A stretch of 64,000 nt of DNA, taken from NCBI RefSeq assembly GCF_006345805.1, contig NC_043022.1, forward strand, positions 18,290,001 through 18,354,000, in the 5' to 3' direction. The position numbers were made by a program, and so were the translations under genes. Positions 23,690 to 36,338 of the stretch are shown one piece after another. Positions within the stretch are counted from its first letter, which is position 1. Each line of letters begins with the position of its first letter. The notes under the pieces are model-generated. The model saw nothing but the letters and a program-made list of their open reading frames with translations, was not told the origin of the DNA and did not search any database. The stretch is from Octopus sinensis. Lineage: Eukaryota.

Positions 23690-25070
23690 TCTCTCTCTCT
23701 CTCTCTCACAATTCTTCCTCACTTTCTCTTTGTCTCTTAACATCTATCTCTCTCTCTCTCTCTCTCTCTCACACAATTCTTCCTCACTTTCTCTTTGTCT
23801 CTTAACATCTATCTCTCTCTCTCCCTCCTCTCATCACATTCTCTCCTCACTTTCTCGTTGTCTCTTAACATCTCTCTCTCTCTCACCTCCCTCTCTCACG
23901 CACTCTTCTTCCTCACTTCTCTGGGGATCACTTAAACATCTCTCTCTCTCTCTCTCTCTCATCCTCCCTCTCTCACGCCTCTTCCTCACTTTCTCTTTGT
24001 CTCTTAACATCTATCTCTCTCTCTCCCTCCCTCTCTCACGCCTCTTCCTCACTTTCTCTTTGTCTCTTAACATCTCTCTCTCTCTCTCATCCTCCCTCTC
24101 TCACGCCTCTTCCTCACTTTCTCTTTGTCTCTTAACATCTATCTCTCTCTCTCCCTCCCTCTCTCACGCCTCTTCCTCACTTTCTCTTTGTCTCTTAACA
24201 TCTCTCTCTCTCTCCCCCCTCTCTCACATCTCTTCCTCACTTTCTCTTTGTCTCTTAACATCTCTCTCTCTCTCTCCCTCCCTCTCTCACATCTCTTCCT
24301 CACTTTCTCTTTGTCTCTTAACATCTCTCTCTCTCTCTCCGTCCCTCCCTCTCTCACGTCTCTTCCTCACTTTCTCTTTGTCTCTCAACATCTCTCTCTC
24401 TCTCTTCTCTCATGTATCGCTATTTCTCCTGCTCTGTCTTGTATGTTTTTCTATCTTACATGTCTCTCTCTCTCTCTCTCTCTCTTACGCTTTTACATCT
24501 CTCTTTTTCTTTTACATATCTCTCTCTTTCCCTTACTATCTCTGTCTTTCTCTCGTGTGTATCTCTCTTACATTTCTCTCGCTCCTACATGTATCTCTTA
24601 CATGTCCTCTCTCTCTCTCTCTCTCTTTCTCTGTCCCTCTCTTACTGTCTCATATATCTCCCTCTCTCTCTCACTCTCTCATACATCTCCCTCTGTCTCT
24701 CTCTGTCCCTCTCTTACTGTCTCTTATATCTCCCTCTCTCACTCTCTCTCTGTCCTCCTCTTACTGGCTCATACATCTCCCCCTCTCTCGCTCTTGCCCC
24801 ATCTCTCTCCCCTCTTTCTGCCCCTCTCTTACTGTCTCTCATATATCTCCCTCTCTCTCTCTCACTCTCTCATAAATCTCCCTTGTCTCTCTCTTCCTCT
24901 CTTACTGTCTCTTATATCTCCCTCTCTCACTCTCTCTCTCTGTCCTTCTCTTACTGGCTCATACATCTCCCCCTCTCTCGCTCTTCCCCCTCTCTCTCCC
25001 CTCTTTCTGTCCCTCTCTTACTGTCTCATCTCTCTCTCCCTCTCCCTCTCTCCCCCTCTCTCTCTCTCTC
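23690..25070. repeat. CT-rich minisatellites (~62-bp unit at 23690-24400; CTCTTACTG-anchored units at 24640-25030)
   Basis: CTCTTCCTCACTTTCTCTTTGTCTCTTAACATCT repeated ~10 times. Confidence 0.92.
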
Positions 25071-25186
25071 ACTCACTCCGCTGTGTAGCCATGATGAAGA
25101 ATTTCCTTCTTCACATTCTAATTTTCCAATCAATGTTCTCTTCTATGCTTGTTTATCATTGAGAATATACAAAATGTGTGTGTATG

Positions 25187-25234
<48 letters not shown>

Positions 25235-25640
25235 CTATATATGTGTGGTATATATGTGTGAGTGTGTGTGTGTTTGTATGTGTGTGTTGTATATATGTGT
25301 GAGTGTGTGTGTGTTTGTATGTACGCATGTATGTATGGGTGGTGGGGGTGTGTACAGTGGCCACTATCATAATGTGATTAATCAGCCTAAGAAAGTGTGT
25401 CTGTGTGAATATATTGATTTTCCTAGAATGGATTTTCGTATATGCATGTGTATATATATACATACACCCATTTTGTGTATATGACTATATACGGGACATT
25501 TTAATATGAATGAGTATACATGTTGCTGTATGTATAAAGATATGCATTGTACACACACACAACCTATATACATATATATACATACACATATGTGTACTTA
25601 AAAATGTGTGTGTATGTATGTATGTATATATATATATATA

Positions 25641-25671
<31 letters not shown>

Positions 25672-25800
25672 ATGTATATATATAAATGTTTGTTTTTGAG
25701 TTGTGATAAAACAATATTATATTAAAGTGAAGAATTACTCAATACTCTCAGTAGAGTACATGTTTATTTTTCTTTTATAAGAAAAGTGTTGAAGTGTTGT

Positions 25801-25844
25801 CAGTGACTTCGAAGTTTTGGCCTGCTACCTTTCATCAAGCTGTC
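25801..25844 (-). ncRNA. Degenerate hammerhead-like motif
   Basis: GACAG CUUGAUGA AA GGU AGCAG GCC AAAAC UUCGAA GUC ACUG; palindromic ACUUCGAAGU stem III, GUC triplet, G12>A. Confidence 0.5.
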
Positions 25845-25851
25845 AATCAAT

Positions 25852-25894
<43 letters not shown>

Positions 25895-25978
25895 GGCAGC
25901 CATTGAGTATTTCTATGGAAAAGAGATTTTCAACTGTTATTTATAGCTTTATATGTGCTTGAAAATCCAGTTTGGCAC

Positions 25979-26138
25979 AGGAGTGGCTGTGTGGTAAGTA
26001 GCTTGCTAACCAACCACATGGTTCCGGGTTCAGTCCCACTGCGTGGCATCTTGGGCAAGTGTCTTCTGCTATAGCCCCGGGCCAACCAATGCCTTGTGAG
26101 TGGATTTGGTAGACGGAAACTGAAAGAAGCCTGTCGTA

Positions 26139-26185
<47 letters not shown>

Positions 26186-26392
26186 TTGTGTGTCTGTGTT
26201 TGTCCCCCTAGCATTGCTTGACAACCGATGCTGGTGTGTTTACGTCCCCGTCACTTAGCGGTTCGGCAAAAGAGAGCGATAGAATAAGTGCTGGGCTTAC
26301 AAACAATAAGTCCCAGGGTCGATTTGCTCGACTAAAGGCGGTGCTCCAGCAAGGCCGCAGTCAAATGATTGAAACAAGTAAAAAGAGTAAAG
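25979..26392 (+). mobile_element. SINE family A, full length
   Basis: Close match to 6448-6857. Confidence 0.93.
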
Positions 26393-26879
26393 AGTATATA
26401 TATATATATATATATAAAATGACAGACACTCCCGTCGTTAGTCGATGTATGATGGTTTGACAATTTCTTATTGAGCAACCACACAGATGATTTGTGTATA
26501 GCGATCAAGTGTTTGTGTACACATAAGCTCACTCCTTCCATCAAATTGACATTACCTGTACAGGTGTAACTTTTTACCTTCACCCATTTAGTTCACTCAG
26601 TAATGTAATTTCAATGCAATAAAAAAAAATTTGTGTATTAATAATTGGGTATTCTACCAGCAGTATATTGGATAGATATTATCCCTTAGTTGGTTGGATT
26701 CACAACCTCTAACTCTCTTGGAATATATATATATATATATATGTTCTGTCTACGAAATCCACTCACAAGGCTTTGGTTGACCTGAGGCTGTAGTAGAAGA
26801 CTCCTGTCCATGGTGTCATGCAGTAGAACTAAAACCAGAACCAAGTGGTTGGGAAGCAAGCATCTTTCCACGTAGCCAA

Positions 26880-27225
26880 GCCATCATCATCATCATTTAG
26901 TGTCCGTTTTCCATGCTGACTTGGGTTAGATGGTTTCACTAGACTGGTAAGGTGGAGAGTTGTACTGGTCCCAGTCTGGTTTAGTTCGGTTTCTACAATT
27001 AGAATAACCTTAATGCCGACCACTCCAAGAGTGTAGTGGGTGCCTTTTACATGCCACTGGCACAAGTGCCGTTTATATGTCACCAGCCCTGATCATGGCT
27101 ACGGTTTCGCTTAGTTTGATGTGTCTTCTCAAGCATAGCAAATCACCAAAAGTCTCAGTCTCTCGGCATCACCTCCATGGGACTCAACATTCAACGACCA
27201 TGCTTTATCACCTTGTCCCATGTGA
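26880..27225 (-). mobile_element. RTE LINE 3' end retaining a decayed ORF C-terminus
   Basis: Minus strand TWDKVIKHGR*MLSPMEVMPRD*DFW*FAMLEKT resembles RTE C-terminal TWDEVVKHDLRTLGL...RDLWRYAVLEKT, followed by the GGCAT motif and GAT tail. Confidence 0.7.
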
Positions 27226-28095
27226 TATGTTTGTATGTGTGTATAGATTGTTTGAAGTAGTGTACAGATTTTATTATATTAACCCTTTAGCATTTAAACT
27301 GACCATATTTGACACAAGATTTTTTTTTTTACCTGTTTTATGTTCATACAGACCAGAATTGGCCTCTCTCACCTGCCTAACGATGCCATTCAAGACAAAA
27401 ACAATCACATCATTGAAATCTCAAAGCCATGAGATAATGCTTGATTAATTCGTGATTAATTATTTATTGAATGCTTTCATCTCATTTCAAAGAGAAACGA
27501 AATGAACACACTAAATAAATAATTATCCAATGAAGAATTCTAACTCTTTTATACATATATATAGGCGTAGGAGTGGCTGTGTGGTAGGTAGCTTGCTTAC
27601 AAACCACATGGTTCCGGGTTCAGTCCCATTGCGTGGCACCTTGGGCAAGTGTCTTCTACTACAGCCTTGGGCCGATCAAAGCATTGTGAGTGGATTTGGT
27701 AGACGGAAGCTGAAAGAAGCCCGTTCTATGTATATATATATATGTATGTATGTGTATGTGTTTGGTGCTCCAGCATGGCCGCAGTCAAATGACTGAAACA
27801 AGTAAAAGAAAACTCTTCCCATTTACTGCCTTTCCTCATCCTCCTCTTCCCCCTGTGATTCTTTCTTTCTCAGTCTCTGTGTGTATAGCTTTCACTTACT
27901 CATTGTCTACCACTAAGCCTAGTATGTACACACATCCTGTTCCTCTTGTTAGCTCTCTCTATATCTTATACTCTCTCTTTATCTCCCTTCTCTCTCTCTA
28001 TAATGAAATGTGTGACCAGTGAAATGAACTACTAACATTGATATCGACTTTTATTGTAAACCGATTATTATTACTATTCTTATTTTCTTTTGTAG

Positions 28096-28159
28096 GCCAT
28101 CATGGTTGCTGGAAATTACAATTTAAAATGCAATAAGAATTTAGAAACTTGTCCGGCAG
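28096..28159 (+). CDS. Candidate 64-nt exon with start codon: MVAGNYNLKCNKNLETCPA
   Basis: Acceptor cttattttcttttgtag, donor CAG|gtaagg, GCCATCATGG context, only one open frame. Confidence 0.35.
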
Positions 28160-28454
28160 GTAAGGCTGGTTTACAATAAGAATCTCTTTGTTATTATTTT
28201 TAAATCTGTATTGGTAATGTTACCCTTTTTATTATTACTATTATTTCATATATGCACAACAGATTAGAACATTGGGGGAAAAAATCCCCAACTTAGGGCT
28301 ACATTAAGTAACCTTACATGCCAAGAACCTTCCTGAGTATCCTAGCTGTCCTTAATAATACTGTTTTCTGGGGCTGCTCTGAACTTGGTTTTTATGCCTG
28401 TTTCCTCTATCAATTTATTCAAATCCTTAGGGATAGTTCCTGATGCACCTATGA

Positions 28455-29435
28455 TTATTATTGAAGACATCTCTCAGTAATCAATATTGTGATGTTATTG
28501 GTTGAAGATATTGTGTCTACCCGGGGTGTTTGTACTGTCTGTCAAGTCACAACATGAACCTCAGACAGGCAGTACTTTACGCAATATGATGTGTGCAGTT
28601 CCAAGTGATGCCGATTTTTGTAATATACCTAGATTGTAGGATATTTCTAAAGTTTCCAGATGTTTCTTCAGGCTGGGTGGTATTGAACCCAGTACTCCAA
28701 CAACAACAGGGACAACCTTTATGTTTCCTAACCCTAACTGCCACATCTTGGCAATCTCAATTCTCAGGTCTCCATAAGGTGGCGAGCTAGCAGAAACATT
28801 AGCACACCAGGCAAAATACTTAGCGGTATTTTGTCTGTGTTTACATTCTGAATTCAAATTCGGCCGAGGTTGACTTTGCCTTTCATCCTTTCGGGGTTGA
28901 TTAAATAAGTACCAGTTACACACTGGGGTCGATATAATCGACTTAATCCATTTGTCTGTTCTTGTTTGTCCTCTCTGTGTTTAGCCCCTTGTGGGTAGTA
29001 AAGAAATAGATATTTTGTCTGTCTTTACATTCTGAATTCAAATTCTGCCGAGGTTGACTTTGCCTTTCATCCTTTCTGGGTCAATAAATTAAGTACCAGT
29101 TACATACTGGGGTTGATCTAATCATCTGGCCCCCTCCCCAAAATTTTCAGGCCTTGTGCCTAGAGTAGAAAAGATTTCTCAGGTCTCCATATTTAGCAAC
29201 CTTTTCTCTTTCTTTCTTGATAATATGTTGATTTCCTGGCACTGCAATGTCGATTATCACTTCCAGAGGTTACTATATCCAGTCTTCGGGGCTCTAACAC
29301 TGTGTCTGTCTGGAAGTCAAAGTGCCAGATGATCTTTGCCTTCCTGTTTTCGTCCATTGCCTTTTCCAGTGTATGTTGGTACCAAGCACCTGTTGCCTCA
29401 TATCCATACGTCCTATTACCAAACAAGCACAAGAG
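28455..29435 (-). mobile_element. R4/Dong-clade non-LTR retrotransposon 3' fragment (restriction-like endonuclease C-terminus), split by a SINE B insertion
   Basis: WYQHTLEKAMDENRKAKIIWHFDFQTDTVLEPRRLDIV, IIDIAVPGNQHIIKKEREKVAKYGDLR, IEIAKMWQLGLGNIKVVPVVVGVLGSIPPSLKKHLETLEISYNLGILQKSASLGTAHIILRKVLPV*; 3'UTR ends in AATAAT. Confidence 0.88.
28777..29175 (+). mobile_element. SINE family B dimer with 16-bp TSD
   Basis: TSD TTCTCAGGTCTCCATA at 28761-76 and 29176-91; tRNA-like head, GAATTCAAATTC B-box, central GACTTTGCCTTTCATCCTTTCGGGGT...AAGTACCAG (Meta/Sauria-like domain, from memory). Confidence 0.92.
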
Positions 29436-30516
29436 AAGTGAAGAATCAGCAGAGTGATGGCCAAAATAGCTTATATAATGTAATTATTTATTTTACATGA
29501 AGTTCAAATCCTGCTGAAGACAACTTGACTTTCAGGGTTTAGTAAAATAAATCACCAGTGAAATGTGGGGGTCAGTTAAATATGATTGATCACCTTCTCC
29601 AATTGCTGTTGTTGAGATACTTAAATGCATTGAGTAGCAAACTGGCATTTTTTTTCTTCCACACCTTACTACATACTTCCAAGAAAATCTTCATGCTAGT
29701 TAAGATACAACAGAACCATCATCTCTTTATATCTCATCATCAAACTCACCATGCTGGTTTAAATGTAATAGAGCCATCATCTCTTTACATCCCACCCTCA
29801 AAGTGTTCATGGTGCTTTAGTTATGATGGAACCATCATCTCATTACATCCCACCCTCAAAATGTCCATGGTGCTTTAGTTATGATGGAACCATCATTTCA
29901 TTACATCCCTCCAAGCATAAATGTGAGAGAACTAATGTGTTTACTATTAGTTCTTACATTTGTTTCTACAGCATTAAGGCTAAACCACATTTCTTTTGCT
30001 AAGCTAAATAAATTGTGAAATAGCTATGGAACCCATTTGTTATGTACTAAGGACAAAAACATTATGTTCCTTATTCAGTGGGATTTACGAAATATATTAT
30101 TACTGACATGCTTTTTTATATCCCATAAACATTGGAATGAAGTAAAGAAGAAAATCCATTTGATTATACATAAATAAGTAACAATATCTTGTACAGTATG
30201 TCATACAATAGAGTAAGCCTCAAAATAGTTATGTAAGCAAAATACATACTGTCCAAAAATGTAGCATATGGCTAAATAGTGGTGGAAAGTCTTGAAATTC
30301 AGGAGTTGAAGGAGTGTGTCTATTTAGTGGTTAGGGTGTTGGACTCATGGACATAAGATTGTGGTTTCAATTCCAGGACTGGGCAATGTGATTTGTTCTT
30401 GAGCAAAACACTTCATTTCGTGTTGCTCCAGTCATGTGTGTACATATATATATATATTTGTGTATATGTATGCATGTATGTCTATAAGTTTGTGTGTATG
30501 TATATATATATATATA

Positions 30517-30748
30517 CATAGTTGGCCAAAAGTCACCCAACAGTAAATCAAGATTCCGTAAATATTATATGTAATTTTGTATTGACTCAAATGGGAAAAT
30601 GTGTCACTCAAGAAGGTCTTCAGTTTGGACAACATTCATGATGTTTCATATTTAGATGCTTTTATTAGATTCATTCAGTTGTCAAACATAGATAAATCTT
30701 GGAATTAAATGGTTTTGATTTACTGTCAGGTGACTTTGACCAACCCTG
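30517..30748. mobile_element. Tc1/mariner-type MITE (232 bp)
   Basis: TA-flanked imperfect TIRs CATAGTTGGCCAAAAGTCACCCAACAGTAAATCAA / TTGATTTACTGTCAGGTGACTTTGACCAACCCTG. Confidence 0.82.
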
Positions 30749-30809
30749 TATATGTTTGCATACATATTTTGTGTGTGTGTGTGTGTGCGTGTGTGTGTGT
30801 GTGCATGTA

Positions 30810-30844
<35 letters not shown>

Positions 30845-31661
30845 GTATATATATATATATATATAAAAGAAGGTTTGGAGATGATGTACAGGTATTTTAT
30901 ATTAGAAGAAATGAGGTACTCAGAAATTCGTATGGTTTTATATTTACAGATATTTATTTGTATATTACATGTTTTTATACATCATATAACTTATATCATA
31001 TATTAGCGCTTTCGTCGATTCTGGTGAATTTTTCAAATTGCATCCATTCTGGTGGATTTTTCAAATGGAACTATATATATATATGCACACAGAGAGAGAT
31101 GTATATAGATAGGTAGATATGTAGATAGACATGTAAGATAGATAGACATGTAGATATGTTTCTTTATTAGCCACACAGGGCTGCACATAGACAGGACAAA
31201 ATTACAAAGTAGAGCTTTTCTTTTGGGGGTAAAAGAAGGGGGTTTGGTTTTCGATCAAAAGGGATCGAAAAAGGAAAGGAGGACAAAAAAGGGGGGATAA
31301 AATTTAAAAAAAAAAAAAGTGGGGGGAAGGGAAAGGAAAAAAATTGATCAATAGGGATCGTTATCACAGAAATATCAATATGAAGTGTAAAGGGGAGGAC
31401 AGGTGAGGTTTACCCGTGGAAAGAAAAGCCTACGGAAAAGACCACGGTAACCTCGGTCAATGAAGTTACATGTTATATTTCTTTTTTTTTCTGCAAATAA
31501 GCAACTCTCTGTATTAATTTTTACGGTTCATAGAATCGTAGTCAAGGTGGCTTCGTCATTCATACGTGCCATCCTTGCTACATTCACCCATCTTTTTTTA
31601 AAACATTCACTAGACAAAACTTGCCTCTCTACTCTCACTTTCCTCTTCAAGTGATACTATG

Positions 31662-31703
<42 letters not shown>

Positions 31704-31847
31704 TTGTATATGTATGTCTGTGTGTGTGTATGTATAGTAATTCAAAGCTGATGGTTCACTCTGCTCCACTCGCTCACTCTTAAATTTAATGAACACTATA
31801 TTATTTTTCCCAAGTAAATCTCATGTGTTGCTTATAATAAATCAAAC

Positions 31848-32053
31848 CTGTTTAGATAAGATGGATCTCATTGGAAGCAAGCACTTTCTTGTGTGATTCC
31901 TGGGTTCTTTGATTTCTTGATTCCTGGAAACACCAGTTGAAGGAAACCGGAGTGATGGCGGCGGCGGTGGTGGCGCAGAGCGACGGCGGCAGTGGAAGGG
32001 TTTGAAGAAGTCAATGTGGATTAGTGAGGAATTACATATATGAAGATTATCAG
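31848..32053 (-). CDS. Candidate 206-nt exon: DNLHICNSSLIHIDFFKPFHCRRRSAPPPPPPSLRFPSTGVSRNQEIKEPRNHTRKCLLPMRSILSKQ
   Basis: 68 open codons bounded by acceptor ctaatcccaactgcaaacag and donor CAG|gtttga, with in-frame stops just outside both. Confidence 0.33.
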
Positions 32054-32443
32054 CTGTTTGCAGTTGGGATTAGTGAGTGTAATCTTCAGCTGCTTGTAGT
32101 ATACTTGAGTATGCGTATATCTGTGTGGGTCTATATTATATGTGTATGCATACATTCTTTTGTGTATGTGTGTGTGTGTGTATGCATATATATATATATA
32201 TGATTGTTTTAGATACACAAATGCTTACACATACTCATGCATATATATATATATATACACACACACATATATATATACACACACATAAATATATATATAC
32301 ACATGTATATATTTACACACGTATATATATGTATATATATATACACACACACACACACATATATATATATACATACACACACACACACATATATATATAC
32401 ATGCATACATATATATACATACACATAACTACATATATGTATG

Positions 32444-32475
<32 letters not shown>

Positions 32476-32742
32476 TATGCATGTGTGCACATATGTATAT
32501 ACAAATTCATATATATTATATACAAACGTACACAAACACATCTATACACCCTTCAATGTCAACCAGTTCTACGAGCTAATTCCGCTCCCCCACCCACCAC
32601 CTCCAGGAGAAAAAAAAATTGGTAAATGCTTCCGCAGTTGTGTTTTTTTTATTTTTATTTATTTTTTTTTTTGTATTGCTTAATTTTCTCCCGACGAATG
32701 GAATATGACTGATAATGATGTGGATGAAGATGCTAGTGATGA

Positions 32743-32780
<38 letters not shown>

Positions 32781-32821
32781 AGTGATGGTAGCAGTGGTGG
32801 TTGTTAAAGTAATGATGACTG

Positions 32822-32857
<36 letters not shown>

Positions 32858-33016
32858 GGGGGATAATTTTATATGCACACCCCCACCCCCATCACCCCTT
32901 GAACATGTGCACGTATGCATTTGCATCTGAAGATGCATTTGCGCTCTTCCTTTGACTGTTTGTCTCTTTTGATGTAAATGGATGTGTGTGTGTGTGTGTG
33001 TGTGCGTGTGTGTGTA

Positions 33017-33385
33017 TTTTATTCTTTTACTTGTTTCAGTCATTTGACTGCGGCCATGCTGGAGCACCGCCTTGAACTGTTTCAGTCAAACAAACAGACC
33101 CCAGAACTAATTCTTTAGGCTTAGGAGTTATTCTGTTGGCCATTTTTGCCAAACCACTAAGTTACGGGGGATGTAAACACACCGACACTGGTTGCCAAGT
33201 GGTGATGGGGAAACACTCATGCACGATGGGTTTCTTTCAGTTTCCGTCTACCAAATCCACTCACAAGGCTTTGGTCTGCCCAAGGCTGTAGTAGAAGACA
33301 CTTGCCCAAGGTGCTATGCAGTGGGACTGAACCCAGAACCATGTGGTTGGGAAGCAAGCTACTTACCACGCAACCATTGCCTGCG
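33017..33385 (-). mobile_element. SINE family A
   Basis: Reverse complement of the family sequence. Confidence 0.88.
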
Positions 33386-34400
33386 CCTATATATATATAT
33401 ATATATATATATATCAATATTTCTAGACTTTCACAGGTTCATCCTCTGGAAGAGAAGTGATGCACGCATCTACTGCAGCCATGTTCATAAAGAAACAAAG
33501 GTAATATTTCAAATGCATTTCTGCTGTAATGTAGGTACAGGTATGGGTGTGTGGTTAAGAAGTTTGCTTCCCAACTACATGGCTTTGGGTTCAATCTCAC
33601 TGCACACCATCTTGGGTCTTGGGGAAATGTCTTCTACTGTAGCCCCAGACTGGGTTGATACCTTGGGAGTAAATTTAGTTCATGGAAACTATGTGGAAAC
33701 CTGATGTGGGTGTATATAGATATGCCAGTGGCATGTAAAAAGCACCATCTTAACGTTGTCGATGCCAGTGCCTCCTGACTGGTTCCCATATCGGTAGTGC
33801 ATAAAAGGTACCCACTACACTTTCAGAGTGGTTGGCATTAGGAATGGCATCCAGCTGTAGAAGCCTTGCCAGAGCAGATTGGAGTCTGATGCAGTTTATT
33901 CGTTTACCAGGCCGCAGTCAAACCTTCCAACCCATGCCCACATGGAAAGCGGATGTTAAACGATGATGATGATGATGTTTGTGTATGGCTTTGTGGTTAA
34001 GAAGCTTGCTTTGCAACCATGTTGCTTGAGGTTCAATTCCACCTTGCAGCAGCTTGGAGAAGTGCCTTCTACTTTAGCCCCAAGCCTACCAATGCCTTGT
34101 GAGTGAATTTGGTAAATGGAAACTGCATGGAAGCACATTGAATATTATGTGTGTGTGTGTGTGTGTGTATCTTTGTGTTTGTTCCCCACCACCACCACTT
34201 GACAATTGGTGATTACATCCCTGTAAATTAGCATTTCTGCACAAGAATTATGTAACAAGTGGAATAAGTACAAAATATCAATGCCCCAGCATGACCATGG
34301 TCAAATAACTGAAGTAAGTAAAGGATTAGAGATACAACCAAGCACTTGGGCTTTGTTTCTTTATGAACGTGGCTGCAGTAGATGTGTGCATCACTTCTCT

Positions 34401-34437
34401 TCCTGAAGATGAACCTGTGAAAGTCTAGAAATATTGA
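34401..34437 (+). ncRNA. Hammerhead-like motif, canonical CUGAAGA core, weak stem I; inverted copy near 33412-33450
   Basis: UC CUGAAGA UGAAC CUGUGAAA GUCUA GAAAU AUU GA; palindromic AAUAUU stem III. Confidence 0.5.
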
Positions 34438-34613
34438 TAATGAATCTAGGTACTTTTAATGTTCCAAATAAATTGTAAAGCACTCTTGAAACATTATGGA
34501 AACAAAGAAAAAAAAACTGTTGTGATAAGAAAATATAAAAAAAATTGACATAAAACTAGACCATAGTCATATTTTCGATACAAGTTGAAAAGTAAAGCTG
34601 TTCCGTATCTATG

Positions 34614-34647
<34 letters not shown>

Positions 34648-35106
34648 TACACATGCTTATATTTATATACAAGCATGTGCTTGTGTAGCACGCATGTATA
34701 TGTGTGTGTGTGTATATATATATATGTGTGTATATATATATGTGTGTGCGTGTGTGTGTGTGTATATATATATATATGTATGTATATATGTCTATATATA
34801 TATGTGTGTGTGTATATATATATATGTATGTATATATATGTCTATGTGTCTATATATATGTATGTTTATATGTTTATATGTCTATATATATATATATATA
34901 TATGTATATACTTATATATGTATGTATATATATGTCTATATTTACATATATACACCTATATATGTATATATAGATGTATATAAGACATATACACACACAC
35001 ACACATACACCTATATATGTATACATGGATGTATGTAGACATTTACATATATACACACACACACATACACAGAGATATCTCTATAAAATATTATATCCGT
35101 ATATCT

Positions 35107-35158
<52 letters not shown>

Positions 35159-35572
35159 ATATACAAATATGAGATAGATTTGATATTATCTTCCGAGTGA
35201 AATTGATATATTTTCAAAGAGATAGCTATCTACTGTCAATTTGTTTCAAGCCGGCGCCATGCCAAATGTATGAATATTTCTGAGGGAGCAATAGCATGAG
35301 TTTGCATACGTGTGTGTCTGTGCATGCATGTGTGTTTGTGTGGTGCAAGTGTTGCAGCAGGGTAGGAGTTGTATACGTGCATTAAATTTAAAAACAAACC
35401 CATACCTTATCTATCATCGTTCATGGGGTGAAGGGTTTACAAAACGGGGAAGGAAGGAAATCCTATTCATTTCCCCCGTGCAGTACCTTGGGGCAGCAAC
35501 TTCTATAGTGGCTCTGGGCCAATGAAAGCCTTGAAAATGGATTTGGTTGGTAGAAACTGTAAGAGACTGTAA

Positions 35573-36338
35573 AGGCGGTGAGCTGGCAGAAACGTTAGCA
35601 CGCCGGGCGAAATGCTTAGCGATATTTCGTCTGCTGTTACATTCTGAGTTCAAATTCCGCCGAGGTCAACTTTGCTTTTCATCCTTTAGGGGTCGATTAA
35701 ATAAGTACCAGTTACGCACTGGGGTTGATGTAATTGACATAATCTGTTTGTCAGTCCTTGTTTGTCCCCTCTGTGTTTAGCCCCTTGTGGGTAGTGAAGA
35801 AATAGGTATTTTGTCTGCCGTTACGTTCTGAGTTCAAATTCCGCCGAGGTCGACGTTGCCTTTCATCCTTTCTGGGTCGATAAATTAAGTACCAGTTACG
35901 CACTGGGGTTAATATAATCGACTTAATCCATCTGTCTGTCCTTGTTTGTCCCCTCTGTGTTTAGCCCCTTGAGGGTACTAAAGAAATAGGTATTTCATCT
36001 GCCGTTACGTTCTGAGTTCAAATTCCGCCGAGGTTGACTTTGCCTTTCATCCTTTCTGGGTCGATAAATGAAGTACCAGTTATTCACTGGCGTCAATGTA
36101 ATTGACTTAATCCGTTTGTCTGTCCTTGTTTGTCCCCTCTGTGCTTAGCCCCTTATGGGTAGTGAAGAAATAGGTATTGCATCTGCCGTTACATTCTGAG
36201 TTCAAATCCCGCCGAAGTTAACTTTCAGGGTCGATAAATGAAGTACCAGTTATGCACTGGAGTCGATGTAATCGACTTAATCCCTTTATCTGTCTTTGTC
36301 CCTTCTATGTTTATCTCCTTGTGGGCAATAAAGAAATA
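35573..36338 (+). mobile_element. SINE family B tetramer (one head plus three head-less units) inside a 13-bp TSD
   Basis: TSD AGAAACTGTAAGA at 35552-64 and 36339-51; ~186-bp units joined at AAGAAATA|GGTATT. Confidence 0.92.

Noticed and set aside
23634-25302. 413-, 345- and 296-aa Ser/Leu-rich ORFs
   Set aside because: CT-rich minisatellite is almost stop-free on this strand
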